From Planctomycetota bacterium (GTDB lineage Bacteria > Planctomycetota > UBA1135 > JAKEFM01): a DNA stretch of 64,000 nt. Positions 26,657-36,803 of this stretch are shown piece by piece. Within the stretch, counting starts at the first letter, position 1; every line of letters begins with the position of its first letter. Below the pieces are notes generated by a model. It did no database searches. It was not told the origin of the DNA and saw only the letters and a program-made list of their open reading frames with translations. Both the position numbers and the translations under genes were made by a program. The stretch is from positions 3,806 through 67,805 of the forward strand of contig DASRRH010000010.1 in the NCBI GenBank assembly GCA_035695825.1, in the 5' to 3' direction.

Positions 26657-27673
26657 ATGTCAGGGATCGCACAGGGGCGGCCCGTCTTCGACCCGGCCGG
26701 CGAAGACGAGCTCGATCGGACGCTGCGACCGCGCAGCTTCGCCGACTTCGTCGGCCAGGCCCGAGTCGTCGGGAACCTCCGCGTCCACCTCGAGGCGGCC
26801 CGGGCGCGGAGCGAGCCGCCCGACCACGTCCTTCTCACGGGGCTTCCGGGCCTCGGGAAGACGACCCTCGCCCACCTCCTCGCGACCGAGCCGGGCGCGG
26901 GGCTGCGCATCACGACGGGCCCAGCCCTCGAGCGCGCACGCGACCTCGTGGGGATCCTCTCGAACCTTCAGCCCGGGGACGTCCTCTTCATCGACGAGAT
27001 CCACCGCATCCCTCCCGCCGTGGAGGAGATCCTCTATCCGGCCATGGAGGACTTTCGGGTCGACCTGACGATCGACCAGGGTCCGAACGCCCGCGTCCTG
27101 AACCTCCGCCTGGCGCGCTTCACCCTTGTCGGGGCGACGACGCGCGAGGGGCTCCTCTCCCCTCCGTTCCGATCCCGCTTCGGAGTCGTCGAGAGGCTCG
27201 AGCCCTATCCCCCCGAGGACATCGCCGCGATCGTGCGCCGCGGGGCCGAGCGGCTCGACGTCTCGCTCGATCCGAAGGCCGAGGAGCTCCTCGCGCGCCG
27301 TTCGCGCGGGATCCCGCGGATCGGCATCCGGCTCCTGCGCCGGGTCCGGGACCTCGCCCAGGTCCGCGGAAGCGCGCGCCTCACCGTGGCGCTCGCCGAG
27401 GAGGGGCTGGCGATGCTCGGCGTCGACGAGGCGGGCCTCGAGGAGCTCGACCGCCGCATCCTCGGGGCGATCCTCCGGCTCGGGGGGGGGCCCGTCGGCC
27501 TCAAGACGATCGCCATGGCCGTCGGGGAAGAGCCCGACACGATCGAGTCGGTCTACGAGCCCTTCCTGGTCCGCGAGGGGTACCTCGAGAAATCCCCGCG
27601 CGGCCGGAGCGCGACCCCTCTCGCCCGGCGGGCCGTGAGGGCGGTTCGCAACGCGGATCGATCCCTGTTCTGA
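26657..27673 (+). CDS. ruvB: Holliday junction branch migration helicase RuvB
   Basis: ATG at 26657: LRPRSFADFVGQ, LLTGLPGLGKTTLA, LFIDEIHR, RIGIRLLRRVRD. Confidence 0.95.
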   Translation: MSGIAQGRPVFDPAGEDELDRTLRPRSFADFVGQARVVGNLRVHLEAARARSEPPDHVLLTGLPGLGKTTLAHLLATEPGAGLRITTGPALERARDLVGILSNLQPGDVLFIDEIHRIPPAVEEILYPAMEDFRVDLTIDQGPNARVLNLRLARFTLVGATTREGLLSPPFRSRFGVVERLEPYPPEDIAAIVRRGAERLDVSLDPKAEELLARRSRGIPRIGIRLLRRVRDLAQVRGSARLTVALAEEGLAMLGVDEAGLEELDRRILGAILRLGGGPVGLKTIAMAVGEEPDTIESVYEPFLVREGYLEKSPRGRSATPLARRAVRAVRNADRSLF

Positions 27674-27679
27674 CCGGGG

Positions 27680-28897
27680 ATGGGGCCCCGCGCATCCCTG
27701 CGGTGGGCCGGCGCCCTCCCCCAGGTCCTCGCGTGGACGCTCCTCGGCGCGGCCGCCGGCCTCTTCATCGTCTTCCTCGAGCGCGCCCCCGGCCGGCACC
27801 GGCCCTGGAGCGAGCCCAACCCCCTCGTCGCGGTCTACTTCGAGAGGCTCGAGGGGCGCGGGGAGGTCGAGATCGCTCTCGCGGGTCCCTACGAAGCGCG
27901 CGTCCGGATCCACGGCGGGGGGGGGCCCTCCGGCCGAGGCCGCGACTTCCGCGGCCTGCTGCGGCGCGAGGAGGACGAGGTCATCTTCCCTCCCGGGGAG
28001 CTCCGCGGTCGGTCGCTCGAGGTGGTCTCCCTCGAGGGCGCGCCGATCCTCGTCGACGGCCGCCGCTACCGGGGCGCGATCCGGATCCGCATCCTCCCGC
28101 GCGGAGGGATCCGGGTCGTCAACCTCCTCCCCCTCGAGGACTACCTGCGCGGGGTCGTCGGGGCCGAGATCGGCCCCTCCTCTCCTCCCGCCGCGCTCGA
28201 CGCCCAGGCGATCGCGGCCCGCACGTACGCGCTCGCCTCGATCCGGCATGGACCCCTCGCCGACGGGACCACGGCCCAGGTCTACGGGGGGATCGGCCGC
28301 GAGGACCCCCGGGTGGACGAGGCGGTCGAGCGCACGCGGGGCCGGGCGCTCCTCTGGCGCGGGAGTCCCTTCTCCGCCTACTACCACTCGACCTGCGGCG
28401 GCCGGACCTCCGACGCGCGGGACGTCTTCGAGACGAAGAGGATCCCCCCCCTCGGAGGCGCGGAGTGCGGCTTCTGCGGCGAGGGGAGGTTCTTCCGCTG
28501 GGAGGCGCGCCTGCCGGAGACGGCGGCGGCGCGGCTCGCCGAGGAGATCGGAGCGGGCGCGCGGCTCTTCGGCGTGCGCCCGCTCGATCCCGACGGCGCG
28601 GGGCGCTCCCGCCAGGTGGAGGTCTCGGGGGACCGCGCGACCGTCCGGCGCGCCGCCCGGGAGTTCCGCGCGGCCGTGAACCGCCTCGCCGGGCGCGAGA
28701 TCCTACGGAGCACGCTGTTCGAGGACATCCGCGTGGAAGGGGGGGCCGTCCTCTTCTCCGGCCGGGGCTGGGGCCACGGCGTGGGTCTCTGCCAGACGGG
28801 CGCGATCGCCATGGCGAGGTCCGGGCGCGACGCGGAATCGATCCTCGCCCTTTACTACCCGGGGGCCACCCTCGCGCCCCTCTTCCTCCTTCCGTGA
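27680..28897 (+). CDS. SpoIID/LytB-domain protein
   Basis: 405 aa: N-terminal TM, then LEDYLRGVVGAEIG...ALDAQAIAARTYA...YYHSTCGGRT...GHGVGLCQTGA. Confidence 0.85.
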   Translation: MGPRASLRWAGALPQVLAWTLLGAAAGLFIVFLERAPGRHRPWSEPNPLVAVYFERLEGRGEVEIALAGPYEARVRIHGGGGPSGRGRDFRGLLRREEDEVIFPPGELRGRSLEVVSLEGAPILVDGRRYRGAIRIRILPRGGIRVVNLLPLEDYLRGVVGAEIGPSSPPAALDAQAIAARTYALASIRHGPLADGTTAQVYGGIGREDPRVDEAVERTRGRALLWRGSPFSAYYHSTCGGRTSDARDVFETKRIPPLGGAECGFCGEGRFFRWEARLPETAAARLAEEIGAGARLFGVRPLDPDGAGRSRQVEVSGDRATVRRAAREFRAAVNRLAGREILRSTLFEDIRVEGGAVLFSGRGWGHGVGLCQTGAIAMARSGRDAESILALYYPGATLAPLFLLP

Positions 28898-30027
28898 TCC
28901 GATTCGAGGCGCACGCGCGGGACGGCCGGGCCCGCCTCGGGCTCCTGCGGACAGGCCACGGGACCGTCGCCACCCCTGCCCTCCTCCCCGTCGGGACCCA
29001 GGGGACGGTGAAGGGCGTACTCCCGACGGCGCTCCGCGCGCTCGGGTTCGAGATGCTCCTTGCGAACACCTACCACCTGCACCTGCGACCGGGGGAGGAG
29101 ACGATCGCCGCGGTCGGGGGACTCCACGCCTTCATGGGATGGGACGGTCCCATTCTCACCGACTCGGGGGGCTATCAGGTCTTCTCCCTCGCGAAGACGT
29201 GCCGCGTCGACGAGGAGGGGGTCGAGTTCCGCTCCCACGTGGACGGCGCCCTCGTCGGGCTCACGCCGGAGAAGGCGCTCGCGATCCAGCGCGCGCTCGG
29301 CAGCGACGTCGCGATGGTCCTCGACGAGTGCCCTCCCGATCCGGCCGATCGGGCGGCCGTCGCGGCGGCGGTCGAGCGCACGCTCCGCTGGGCGGAGCGG
29401 AGCGCCCGCGCGCGCAGCGCCGTCCCCGACTCCGCCCTCTTCGGCATCGTCCAGGGGGGCGTCCACGAGGACCTTCGACGGTCGTGCGCCGAGGCGCTCG
29501 CCGGGATCGGTTTCGACGGGTACGCAATCGGCGGAGTGAGCGTCGGGGAGGGGAAGGAGGCGCTCCGCGCGGGGATCGAGGCCTCGGCGCGACACCTCCC
29601 GGGGGAGAAGCCGCGCTACCTGATGGGGGTCGGGCTCCCGGAGGACCTCGCCTTCGCGATCGCGGAGGGGATCGACCTCTTCGACTGCGTCGCGCCGACG
29701 AGGAACGGCCGGAACGGCCTCGCCTACACGCTCTCGGGGGTGCTCCATCTGCGCAACGCCGAGCACGCGCGCGACGGCGGTCCGATCGAGGAGGGGTGCG
29801 ACTGCCCGGCCTGCGAGCGCTTCTCGCGCGCCTACGTCCGCCACCTCTTCCAGTGCGGCGAGATGCTGGGGGCCATCCTCGCGACCCTCCACAACCTCCG
29901 CTTCTTCGCGCGCTGGATGGAGGGGGCGCGCCGCGCGATCGCCGAGGGTCGGTACGCGCCCTTCGCGCGCGCGTTCCTCGAGGGGTACGAGAAGGGGGCC
30001 CCTCCCGAACCGGAGGGCGCGCCCTAG
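28894..30027 (+). CDS. tgt: queuine tRNA-ribosyltransferase
   Basis: A GTG at 28894 overlaps the upstream stop (GTGA): TPALLPVGTQGTVKG, LANTYHL, ILTDSGGYQVFSL, GIVQGG, YAIGG, CDCPAC. Confidence 0.93.
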   Translation: MIRFEAHARDGRARLGLLRTGHGTVATPALLPVGTQGTVKGVLPTALRALGFEMLLANTYHLHLRPGEETIAAVGGLHAFMGWDGPILTDSGGYQVFSLAKTCRVDEEGVEFRSHVDGALVGLTPEKALAIQRALGSDVAMVLDECPPDPADRAAVAAAVERTLRWAERSARARSAVPDSALFGIVQGGVHEDLRRSCAEALAGIGFDGYAIGGVSVGEGKEALRAGIEASARHLPGEKPRYLMGVGLPEDLAFAIAEGIDLFDCVAPTRNGRNGLAYTLSGVLHLRNAEHARDGGPIEEGCDCPACERFSRAYVRHLFQCGEMLGAILATLHNLRFFARWMEGARRAIAEGRYAPFARAFLEGYEKGAPPEPEGAP

Positions 30028-31199
30028 TTCGAGAGGACTTCGAGCCTCTCGATGACCAGCATCTTCGGGACGCGCCCCTCGTTCTCGAGGATCTTCCCCT
30101 TGATCCCGACCTCCTTCCCCTGGAAGGAGCCGAGGTCGTAGCGTCCCGAGGGGCAGGAGAGGGCGAAGTAGACGATCCCCCCCTTCTCGAGCCGGAACTC
30201 GGGGCTCGCGGGGGCCGCGCTCGCGCGCTGGATCCATCCGATCGACTCGAAGCGCCTGCGAATGTCGGGAGGCGGGGAGGAGGCCTCCGCGGCGCGGCGC
30301 AGGTCGTCGGCCTTCCGGCTGATCTCCTCGGCCGCCCGCCGCTCGGCCTCGGCCTGCTTCTCGCGCAACAGCCGCGCCGCCTCTTTCTCACGCTCGAGGG
30401 CCTCGAGGGCCTCGAGTCGGGAAAGGCGGTCCTTGACCGCCGCCTTCACGGAATCCTCCCCGGTCCTCTTCGCGACCTCCTCGAAGGCGGCCCGCGCTTC
30501 GCCTGCGCCCTCCGGGCTCCACTTCGCCGCGAGGCCCGTCAGGACGCGGTCCCCCTTCGCGAGGACCTCGGCCGCCTCCTTCTCCTTCTCCCGCGACTCC
30601 TGCTCCTTCGCGAGTCGGTCGGCGAGGGGTTTCCACTCCGCCTCGACCGCCGCCGCGGCCGCCTCGATCCGCGCGCGGTGCCCTTCGGGGGACCCGAGGA
30701 GCTTCACGCTCGCGGAGGGAACCCACGCGAGGAAGTCCGGAGGGGAAAGGACGCGGTTCCAGCGGTCCGCGCGCGCCTCGAGGAGGCGGAGGACGGTCCC
30801 CTTCCCGACCTGTCCGATCGGGTAGGGCGCCCCGGGGCCCGAGGAAGGGGTGGCCCGGAGGTTCACGCCGCTCCCCGTGACCACGATCGTTCCCGACTTC
30901 TCCCCCTGCGCCGTGAAGTCGGAGTGGACGAAGCAGGGGAACCCACCCGGAACCTCCACGCGGTACCAGTCCCGTCCCTGCTGCTCCCGCACGACCACGA
31001 TCTCGCCCGCCTTGAGCTCGCGGAGGACCTTTTCGTTTTCCGAGAACAGATTGAAGACCCGGGCTCCGTTCGGGCCCGCTTCCGCGGCCTGGGGGAGGGG
31101 GACGGCCGGGGCGGCGGCGGGGTCCTGGGCGGGGGCGGAGGACGCGGCCGCCGAGGCGAGCAGCGCCGTGAGGGCCGAGAGGGAAGGGCGGGCGAGCAT
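30024..31199 (-). CDS. secreted protein with two bacterial SH3 domains, a coiled-coil region and a C-terminal beta domain
   Basis: 391 aa with a signal peptide (ALTALLASAAASSAPA). SH3b-like segments GEIVVVREQQGRDWYRVEV and GTVLRLLEARADRWNRVLSP. E/K/A/R-rich heptad-like stretch. Confidence 0.7.
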   Translation of the reverse strand: MLARPSLSALTALLASAAASSAPAQDPAAAPAVPLPQAAEAGPNGARVFNLFSENEKVLRELKAGEIVVVREQQGRDWYRVEVPGGFPCFVHSDFTAQGEKSGTIVVTGSGVNLRATPSSGPGAPYPIGQVGKGTVLRLLEARADRWNRVLSPPDFLAWVPSASVKLLGSPEGHRARIEAAAAAVEAEWKPLADRLAKEQESREKEKEAAEVLAKGDRVLTGLAAKWSPEGAGEARAAFEEVAKRTGEDSVKAAVKDRLSRLEALEALEREKEAARLLREKQAEAERRAAEEISRKADDLRRAAEASSPPPDIRRRFESIGWIQRASAAPASPEFRLEKGGIVYFALSCPSGRYDLGSFQGKEVGIKGKILENEGRVPKMLVIERLEVLSN

Positions 31200-31303
31200 C
31201 TTCGACCTCCGAGGGGGTGGACGGACCGCGCGTCGCTAGACTGGCCGGCGGGAACGGGCGCGGAATATAGCCGGCGCGCGCGCGCGCGCAATCGAGGACG
31301 CGA

Positions 31304-32389
31304 ATGCGCTTCGCACCCTTCACGCACATGGCCTGGGCGAAGTCCCCTGCTCCCGGCATCGAGATCGATCTCTCCCGCAGCGGCTTGCCCCCCTGCTCCG
31401 TGGCCGACCTCGCCGCGGAGCCGACCGACCTCGACCCCGCGGAGGACGATGGCTACGGCCCCTGGCCCCTGCGCGAGGCCCTCGCCGCGCGCTACGGCGT
31501 GACGCCCGAGGAGGTCCTCGTCTCCGTCTCCTGCACGCACGCCCTCTTCCTCGCGGGCGCCTGCCTGATCGAGCCGGGGGACCGCGTCGGCGTCGAGACC
31601 CCCGGCTACCAGGCGATCCGCCACCTGCCGACGCTGTTCGGCGCCGAGCCGGTCCCCCTCCCCCGCCGGCTCGAGGAGGGGTGGCGCGCCGATCCGGGGC
31701 GGGCCGCCGAGGTCTTGCGGTCGGGCGCGCGGCTCCTCGTCCTCTCCGACCTCCACAATCCGACGGGGGCGGCCCTCCGCCCGGAGGAGGTCGTTGCGCT
31801 CGGCGAGGAGGCCGATCGCTTCGGCGCGCGCCTCCTCGTCGACGAGATCTACAACGAGTTCCTTCCGCGCGGGGGCCGGCCCGTCGCCCACCGGCTCCAT
31901 CCGAGGGCGCTCACGGTCTCCGGGGCGACGAAGGCGTTCGGGTTCGGCGGCGTCCGGATCGGCTGGATGATCGCCGAGCCCGAGTTCGTGCGCCGCGCCT
32001 ACGCCTTCAACGACTACGTGACCGTCCTCGTCCCCTCCCCGAGCGCGCGCCTGGCGCTTCGGCTGCTCTCGAACCTGCCGCGGATCGAAGGGAAGGTGGC
32101 CTCGCGGGTGGCCGCTGGGCGAGAGGTCTTCGACGCTTGGCTCGCCTCCGAGCCTCGGGTGCGCTGCACCCCGCCCGCGGGGGGGATCGTCGCGTTCCCG
32201 CGGCTTCCGGAGGGGACCGGGGAGGCGGCCTTTGTCGAGGGGCTCGCCTCCCGCGGGAGGGTCCGCGTGACTCCGGGGGAGTTCTTCGGCCTCCCGGGTC
32301 ACGTGCGCGTCGGCTTCGGCGGGGAGCCGGACCGCGTCCGCGAGGGCCTGCGACGCCTCTCGGAGGCGCTCGACGAGGGAGGCCGATAG
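31304..32389 (+). CDS. PLP-dependent aminotransferase, class I/II
   Basis: 361 aa: PGYQAI, LSDLHNPTG, VDEIYNEF, SGATKAFGFGGVRIGW (PLP-lysine context). Confidence 0.85.
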   Translation: MRFAPFTHMAWAKSPAPGIEIDLSRSGLPPCSVADLAAEPTDLDPAEDDGYGPWPLREALAARYGVTPEEVLVSVSCTHALFLAGACLIEPGDRVGVETPGYQAIRHLPTLFGAEPVPLPRRLEEGWRADPGRAAEVLRSGARLLVLSDLHNPTGAALRPEEVVALGEEADRFGARLLVDEIYNEFLPRGGRPVAHRLHPRALTVSGATKAFGFGGVRIGWMIAEPEFVRRAYAFNDYVTVLVPSPSARLALRLLSNLPRIEGKVASRVAAGREVFDAWLASEPRVRCTPPAGGIVAFPRLPEGTGEAAFVEGLASRGRVRVTPGEFFGLPGHVRVGFGGEPDRVREGLRRLSEALDEGGR

Positions 32390-33552
32390 AGGCGGCGCGC
32401 CTCCTCCTCGAGCCGTCGCATCGCCTCGAGGAGCGAGATCTCCCGGGCCGCGGCGAGCCTCCGCGCCTCCTCGTACTCGACCGCGAGCCGCCGGTTCCCC
32501 CGGCCGTCGCCAACCTCCTTGAACCGGACGCGACCGAAGACGGTCTTGAGCTCGAGCGCTCGCCGGGGAAGCGTCGTGCGCGACGCCGTCCACCGCCGAA
32601 CCCCGAGGGTTCCCGTCTCGCGGAAGAGCGCGGCCTCGACCTCGCGGCGCCGGCCGAAGGGGACGATCGCGGTCACCACGACTCCTGGGCGGTTCTTCTT
32701 CATGAAGACGGGCGTGACGAAGGCGTCCAGGGCCCCCGCCTCGAGGAGCCGCTCGAGCGCGTGGCCGACGACCTGGCCCGGGACGTCGTCGAGGTTCGTC
32801 TCGAGCAGCTCCACGGTCTCCGCCCCCCCGTCCCCCTCGCTTTCCCCGACGACGACGCGGAGCAGGTTCGGACCGTCCCCGAAGTCGCGCGAGCCCGCCC
32901 CGTAGCCGACGGCCTCGATCCGGAGCCGGACCTCCTCCGCGAAGGCCGCCCGGAGACCCGTCAGGATCGCGGCTCCGGTGGGGGTCGTCCGCTCCCCCGG
33001 GCCTCCGCCGAGGCGCACCTCGGAGCCTCGCAGCAGCTCGAGCGTTCCCGGCGCCGGGACCGGGATCGTCCCGTGCTCGCTGCTCGTCCGTCCCGTCCCG
33101 AGGCGGGGAGGCGAGGCGGCGACGGCGTCGGCCTGGAGCGACTCGAGCGCGAGGCAGGCCCCGACCACGTCGGCGATCGCGTCCGAAGCCCCGACCTCGT
33201 GGAAGTGGACCCGCTCGAGGGTGGTTCCGTGCACGGCCGCCTCGGCGCCCGCAAGCCGCCGGAAGACGGCGAGGGCCCTCTCCCGGACGCGCCCGGGGAG
33301 GGGGGCGGCGGCCACGATCCGCTCGATGTCGCGCAGGCTCCGGTGCTCCTCGCGCGGGGGCCTCTGGACCTCGAATCGGGTGGCCCGGAAGCCTCCGAAG
33401 ACCGCGCGCCGGGCGCGGACCCGGACTCCGCGGAGCCCGAGCGACTCGATCCCCTCCCGGACGGCGGAAAACTTCGCGCCCGCGTCGAGGAGGGCGCCAA
33501 CGATCATGTCTCCGGCCGCTCCCGCCCAGCAGTCGAAATAAGCTGTCCGCAT
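32299..33552 (-). CDS. larC: LarC-family nickel insertion protein (DUF111)
   Basis: 417 aa: YFDCWAGAAGDMIVGALLDAG, HFHEVGASDAIADVVG, TNLDDVPGQ, VFMKKNRPG. The 3' end overlaps the convergent aminotransferase by about 90 nt. Confidence 0.85.
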   Translation of the reverse strand: MRTAYFDCWAGAAGDMIVGALLDAGAKFSAVREGIESLGLRGVRVRARRAVFGGFRATRFEVQRPPREEHRSLRDIERIVAAAPLPGRVRERALAVFRRLAGAEAAVHGTTLERVHFHEVGASDAIADVVGACLALESLQADAVAASPPRLGTGRTSSEHGTIPVPAPGTLELLRGSEVRLGGGPGERTTPTGAAILTGLRAAFAEEVRLRIEAVGYGAGSRDFGDGPNLLRVVVGESEGDGGAETVELLETNLDDVPGQVVGHALERLLEAGALDAFVTPVFMKKNRPGVVVTAIVPFGRRREVEAALFRETGTLGVRRWTASRTTLPRRALELKTVFGRVRFKEVGDGRGNRRLAVEYEEARRLAAAREISLLEAMRRLEEEARRLYRPPSSSASERRRRPSRTRSGSPPKPTRT

Positions 33553-33640
33553 CCGGGGTCCCAGGGGCGACGGTCATTCTGCCGGAATCGGTCCGGGGAA
33601 CGACGGGGGTTTCCACGGCACGGCTCCGGCCTAGAGATAG

Positions 33641-35293
33641 ATGTCGAAGATGAACGCGGGACGAACCTTGCTCCTTTCGTGGATCGCCGCTCTGCTCGCG
33701 GCGGGCTCTTCCCCGGTGGAGGGGCAGGAGCCGGGCGCGATCCCCCCGGTCTCACCGGGCTCGGGTCCCACCGAGCAGGAGGGGCCCGACCTCACTTGGG
33801 AGAGTTGGTGGGCCCGGGAGAAGGGGCCGCTGCTCGACCTGCGGGCGCGCTTGTTCCCCGCCCCTCCCGCCGGGGCCGACCTCCCCGCGGGGTACGTCCC
33901 CCTCCCCCCTTCCGAGCGACGCGCGCGCGTCCGCCAGGCGCTCCTCGAGGCGCTGAAGGATCGCGTCCCGACGGTGCGCAGGGCCGCGGCGATCGGGCTC
34001 GGGAAAACACGGGACCCGGAGGCGCTCCCCTCCCTCCTCCAGACCGCGAAGGGAGACCCCGACCGAGCCGTACGCCACGGCTCGCTCCTCGGACTGGGCC
34101 TCCTCGCGGCGCCGGGCGCCGTTCCCCCCCTTCGCGAGTCCCTCGAGAACTTGAGGGGCGAGACCACGGCGCGCCTCTACTCGGCCGCCGCCCTCGGGTT
34201 CAGCGGGGGCGGGACGGCCTCCCTCCGGACCGTCTTCGGCGACGGCGGCGCTCGGCCGGCGGCGAGGGAGGTGAGGATCGTGGCCGCCTACGCGCTCGGG
34301 GCGTCGGGGGATCCCTCGGTCGTCCCGTTCCTCGTGCGCGCCCTCGCTCGACACGAGGAAGGGGATGCGATCGTCCAGGCGGCCCTGGTCGCCGCGCTCG
34401 GCCGGCTCGGGGACGCCTCCGCGCTCCCCCTGGTCGAGGCGAGCCTCGCCGCGGAGGATCCCCCGGTGCGGGCCGCGGCGTGCTCCGCCCTCGCTTCCCT
34501 CGTCCCCGCGGGAGACCCACGAGCCATTTCCCGCCTGACGAAGCTCGCGGGCGAAGACCCGGATCGCTACGCGCGGGCGCAGGCGCTCCTCTCCCTCGGG
34601 GCGATCGGAGGGGAGGAGGCGAGGTCCGCCCTTCGCCGCGCGCTCTCCGGGGAGGAGGGGCTCGACACGAATTTCCTCTCCCCCTACGCGGGCTTCGCGC
34701 TCTCGCTCGCGGGAACCGCCCAGGACGAGCCCGCCCTTCTCGGGGCCTTCCGGCGCGAGCGCGAGGTGCGCGTCCGGAGCGGCCTCTCCCTGGCGCTCGG
34801 GCTCCTCGGGGGTCCCGCCGCAGCCGCGGCCCTCCTTCCCGAAGTCGAACGCCTCGGGAATCCCGAGGTCTTCAAGGCCGCTTCGATCGCCCTCGGCCTC
34901 TTGCGGGCCGGCCCCGCCGCCCGGCCGCTCGACGCGGTCCTCGCCCGGGAACGGCGGCCGGACGTCCTGCGCGCGGCGGCCGTCGGCCGCGGGCTCCTCG
35001 GGGACGCCGGAGTGCTGGACGCCCTCGGGGAGCGGTTGCACCGGGAGAACTCCGCGGCGATGGTCGGGGCGATCGCCGCCGCCCTCGGCGACCTCGGGGA
35101 TGCTCGCTCGCTCGACGCGCTCCTCGAGGCGTTGCGGCGGCCGGGCCTTCCCGACTCCGCCCGTGTCGAGGTGGTCGTCGCCCTCGGCAAACTCGCCGAC
35201 CCCTCCCCCCACCCCTCGATCAGCCGACTCTCCCGCGGCACGCTCGCCGCCGTCACGTCTCCGACGCTCGAAGAGATCCTCCGGACGGAGTGA
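33641..35293 (+). CDS. secreted HEAT-repeat protein
   Basis: 550 aa with a signal peptide, then many repeats of the form D.VR..AA.ALG.LGDP.ALP.L...L. Confidence 0.75.
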   Translation: MSKMNAGRTLLLSWIAALLAAGSSPVEGQEPGAIPPVSPGSGPTEQEGPDLTWESWWAREKGPLLDLRARLFPAPPAGADLPAGYVPLPPSERRARVRQALLEALKDRVPTVRRAAAIGLGKTRDPEALPSLLQTAKGDPDRAVRHGSLLGLGLLAAPGAVPPLRESLENLRGETTARLYSAAALGFSGGGTASLRTVFGDGGARPAAREVRIVAAYALGASGDPSVVPFLVRALARHEEGDAIVQAALVAALGRLGDASALPLVEASLAAEDPPVRAAACSALASLVPAGDPRAISRLTKLAGEDPDRYARAQALLSLGAIGGEEARSALRRALSGEEGLDTNFLSPYAGFALSLAGTAQDEPALLGAFRREREVRVRSGLSLALGLLGGPAAAAALLPEVERLGNPEVFKAASIALGLLRAGPAARPLDAVLARERRPDVLRAAAVGRGLLGDAGVLDALGERLHRENSAAMVGAIAAALGDLGDARSLDALLEALRRPGLPDSARVEVVVALGKLADPSPHPSISRLSRGTLAAVTSPTLEEILRTE

Positions 35294-36086
35294 GGTCCGA
35301 TCCGGGCACGCCGCCCCGGGCGGCGGCGAGGGCGTAGACGCGGCGCGCGCCCGCGCGGCGAAGGACCCGCGCGCACGCGGAGAGGGTGGCGCCGGAGGTC
35401 ATCACGTCGTCGACGAGGAGGACCGCGGCGCCTCGGAGCCGGGGAAGGCGGCGGCGCAGGCCGCGGGGGCGAAGCGCGAAGGCCCCCTCGACGTTCCGGG
35501 CGCGCGAGAGGGTCGTCGGGGACCCCTGCGGAGGCGTGTCGCGCGTCCGCAGGAGGAGGTCGCGGAAGGGGAGCCCGAGCTGCGTGGCGAGGTCCCGCGC
35601 GATCGCCTCGGACTGGTTGAACCCGCGCTCGCGCCGCTTGCGCGCGTGGAGAGGAACCGCCGCGACGAGCGTCGCCTCGCGGTCCCAGGCCTCCGCGCGG
35701 GCGACGCGAGCCATCGCGTCGACGAGGGGGTAGGCCGCGTGGGAGCGGCCTCCGAACTTGAGGGCGCGGACGAGCTCTCCGGCCGCCCCGGCGTAGAGGG
35801 CCGCCGCCCGGGCCCGGACGAACGCGGGGCGGACCGACCGGCAGTCGGGGCAGCGGGGGGGACGAGGGGCCTGCGGAGCCGCCGGCAGCAGGGCGCCGCA
35901 ACGGCCGCAGAGGACCCCCTCGAGTCCCTTCCACCGCGCGACGTGCTCCCGACAGAGCCAGGGACCCTCGTCCGGATCGAGGAGCCGCGCGCAGAGGGTA
36001 CATGCGGGAGGGTAGAGGAGGTCGAGCGCCGCCCGCGCGAGCGCGGACGCGAGGGGGGAGAGGAGCGAGACGACCCGGGCCCACAG
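35253..36086 (-). CDS. ComF/GntX-family phosphoribosyltransferase-like protein (start codon uncertain)
   Basis: C-terminal PRT domain (PLHARKRRERGFNQSE...VLLVDDVMTSGATL). The in-frame upstream extension encodes the expected Cys-rich N-terminus (LLYPPACTLC...CGRCG...RCPDC). The only start-like codon there is the CTG at 36086; the track's ATG is at 35714. Confidence 0.6.
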   Translation of the reverse strand: MWARVVSLLSPLASALARAALDLLYPPACTLCARLLDPDEGPWLCREHVARWKGLEGVLCGRCGALLPAAPQAPRPPRCPDCRSVRPAFVRARAAALYAGAAGELVRALKFGGRSHAAYPLVDAMARVARAEAWDREATLVAAVPLHARKRRERGFNQSEAIARDLATQLGLPFRDLLLRTRDTPPQGSPTTLSRARNVEGAFALRPRGLRRRLPRLRGAAVLLVDDVMTSGATLSACARVLRRAGARRVYALAAARGGVPGSDLTPSGGSLRASET

Positions 36087-36125
36087 GAGGAAAGACGCGC
36101 GCGGACGGAAGGGTTACAGCGCCGG

Positions 36126-36767
36126 TCAGAACCCGACGGCCGTCGGTCGGACGGGCGTCGGGATGGGGCGCGCGCCCCGGACCGCACGGGCCGAATCCTC
36201 GGGCACGCCGAGCGTGCGGCGGACCTTCGCGACGTACTCCTCCACCGTGTCCGCCTCGGAGCGGGGGATGCCGAAGACCTCCCCGATCTCCATCGTGAGG
36301 TCCAGCTGCCGCTCGAAGGGCCAGTCTCGCCTCTGCTGGAAGAAATCGCGGAGGTGGCGCTTGAAGGTCGACAGCGCCAGGCGGGAGGAGCCGACGGCGG
36401 CGGCCGCCGCGAGGAGGCCGACGAGGCCGAGGAGCGCCCCGAGCCACGCGGTCGGCGGGGAGGTCGGAGCGGCGAAGCCCGCGAAGTTCAGGCCGAACCC
36501 GGCGAAGAGGAAGCCGAAGCCGAAGAGCGAGTGGATCTTCCTCCGCTCCGTGTCCTGGCAGCCCGCCAGGGTCGTCGGCTTGTCGTCGAACGCGTCCTCG
36601 ATCGCGCGCCGCGGCCGCGAGAGGAGGGCCGCGTTCGCGAGGAACGCGAGGCCGATCCCCTGCGTTGCAGAGCCCGTGAGGAGGAGGTCGACGTTGAACA
36701 CCCCGATGCGCGCGCCGTTCGAGGCCCGGAGGAGCGCAAATGGTAAGGGCCCGGGCGAGGACCGCAA
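36126..36767 (-). CDS. hypothetical membrane protein
   Basis: Plausible C-terminal part of the 281-aa ORF, with TM segments (IHSLFGFGFLFAGFGLNFAGF, WLGALLGLVGLLAAAAAV) and a soluble tail. Start is either the TTG at 36767 or the GTG at 36701. Confidence 0.5.
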   Translation of the reverse strand: MRSSPGPLPFALLRASNGARIGVFNVDLLLTGSATQGIGLAFLANAALLSRPRRAIEDAFDDKPTTLAGCQDTERRKIHSLFGFGFLFAGFGLNFAGFAAPTSPPTAWLGALLGLVGLLAAAAAVGSSRLALSTFKRHLRDFFQQRRDWPFERQLDLTMEIGEVFGIPRSEADTVEEYVAKVRRTLGVPEDSARAVRGARPIPTPVRPTAVGF

Positions 36768-36803
36768 GGCGGAAGTCGATCCCCCCCCCTGCCCGCACCT
36801 AGA

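Noticed and set aside
32299-32389. 91-nt overlap of the convergent larC and aminotransferase 3' ends, and a 131-nt overlap of the NUDIX and DUF4340 genes (51208-51338)
   Set aside because: The overlapping tails are low-complexity and lie beyond the conserved domains. They are most simply explained by late stop codons in GC-rich sequence rather than by functional overlap.
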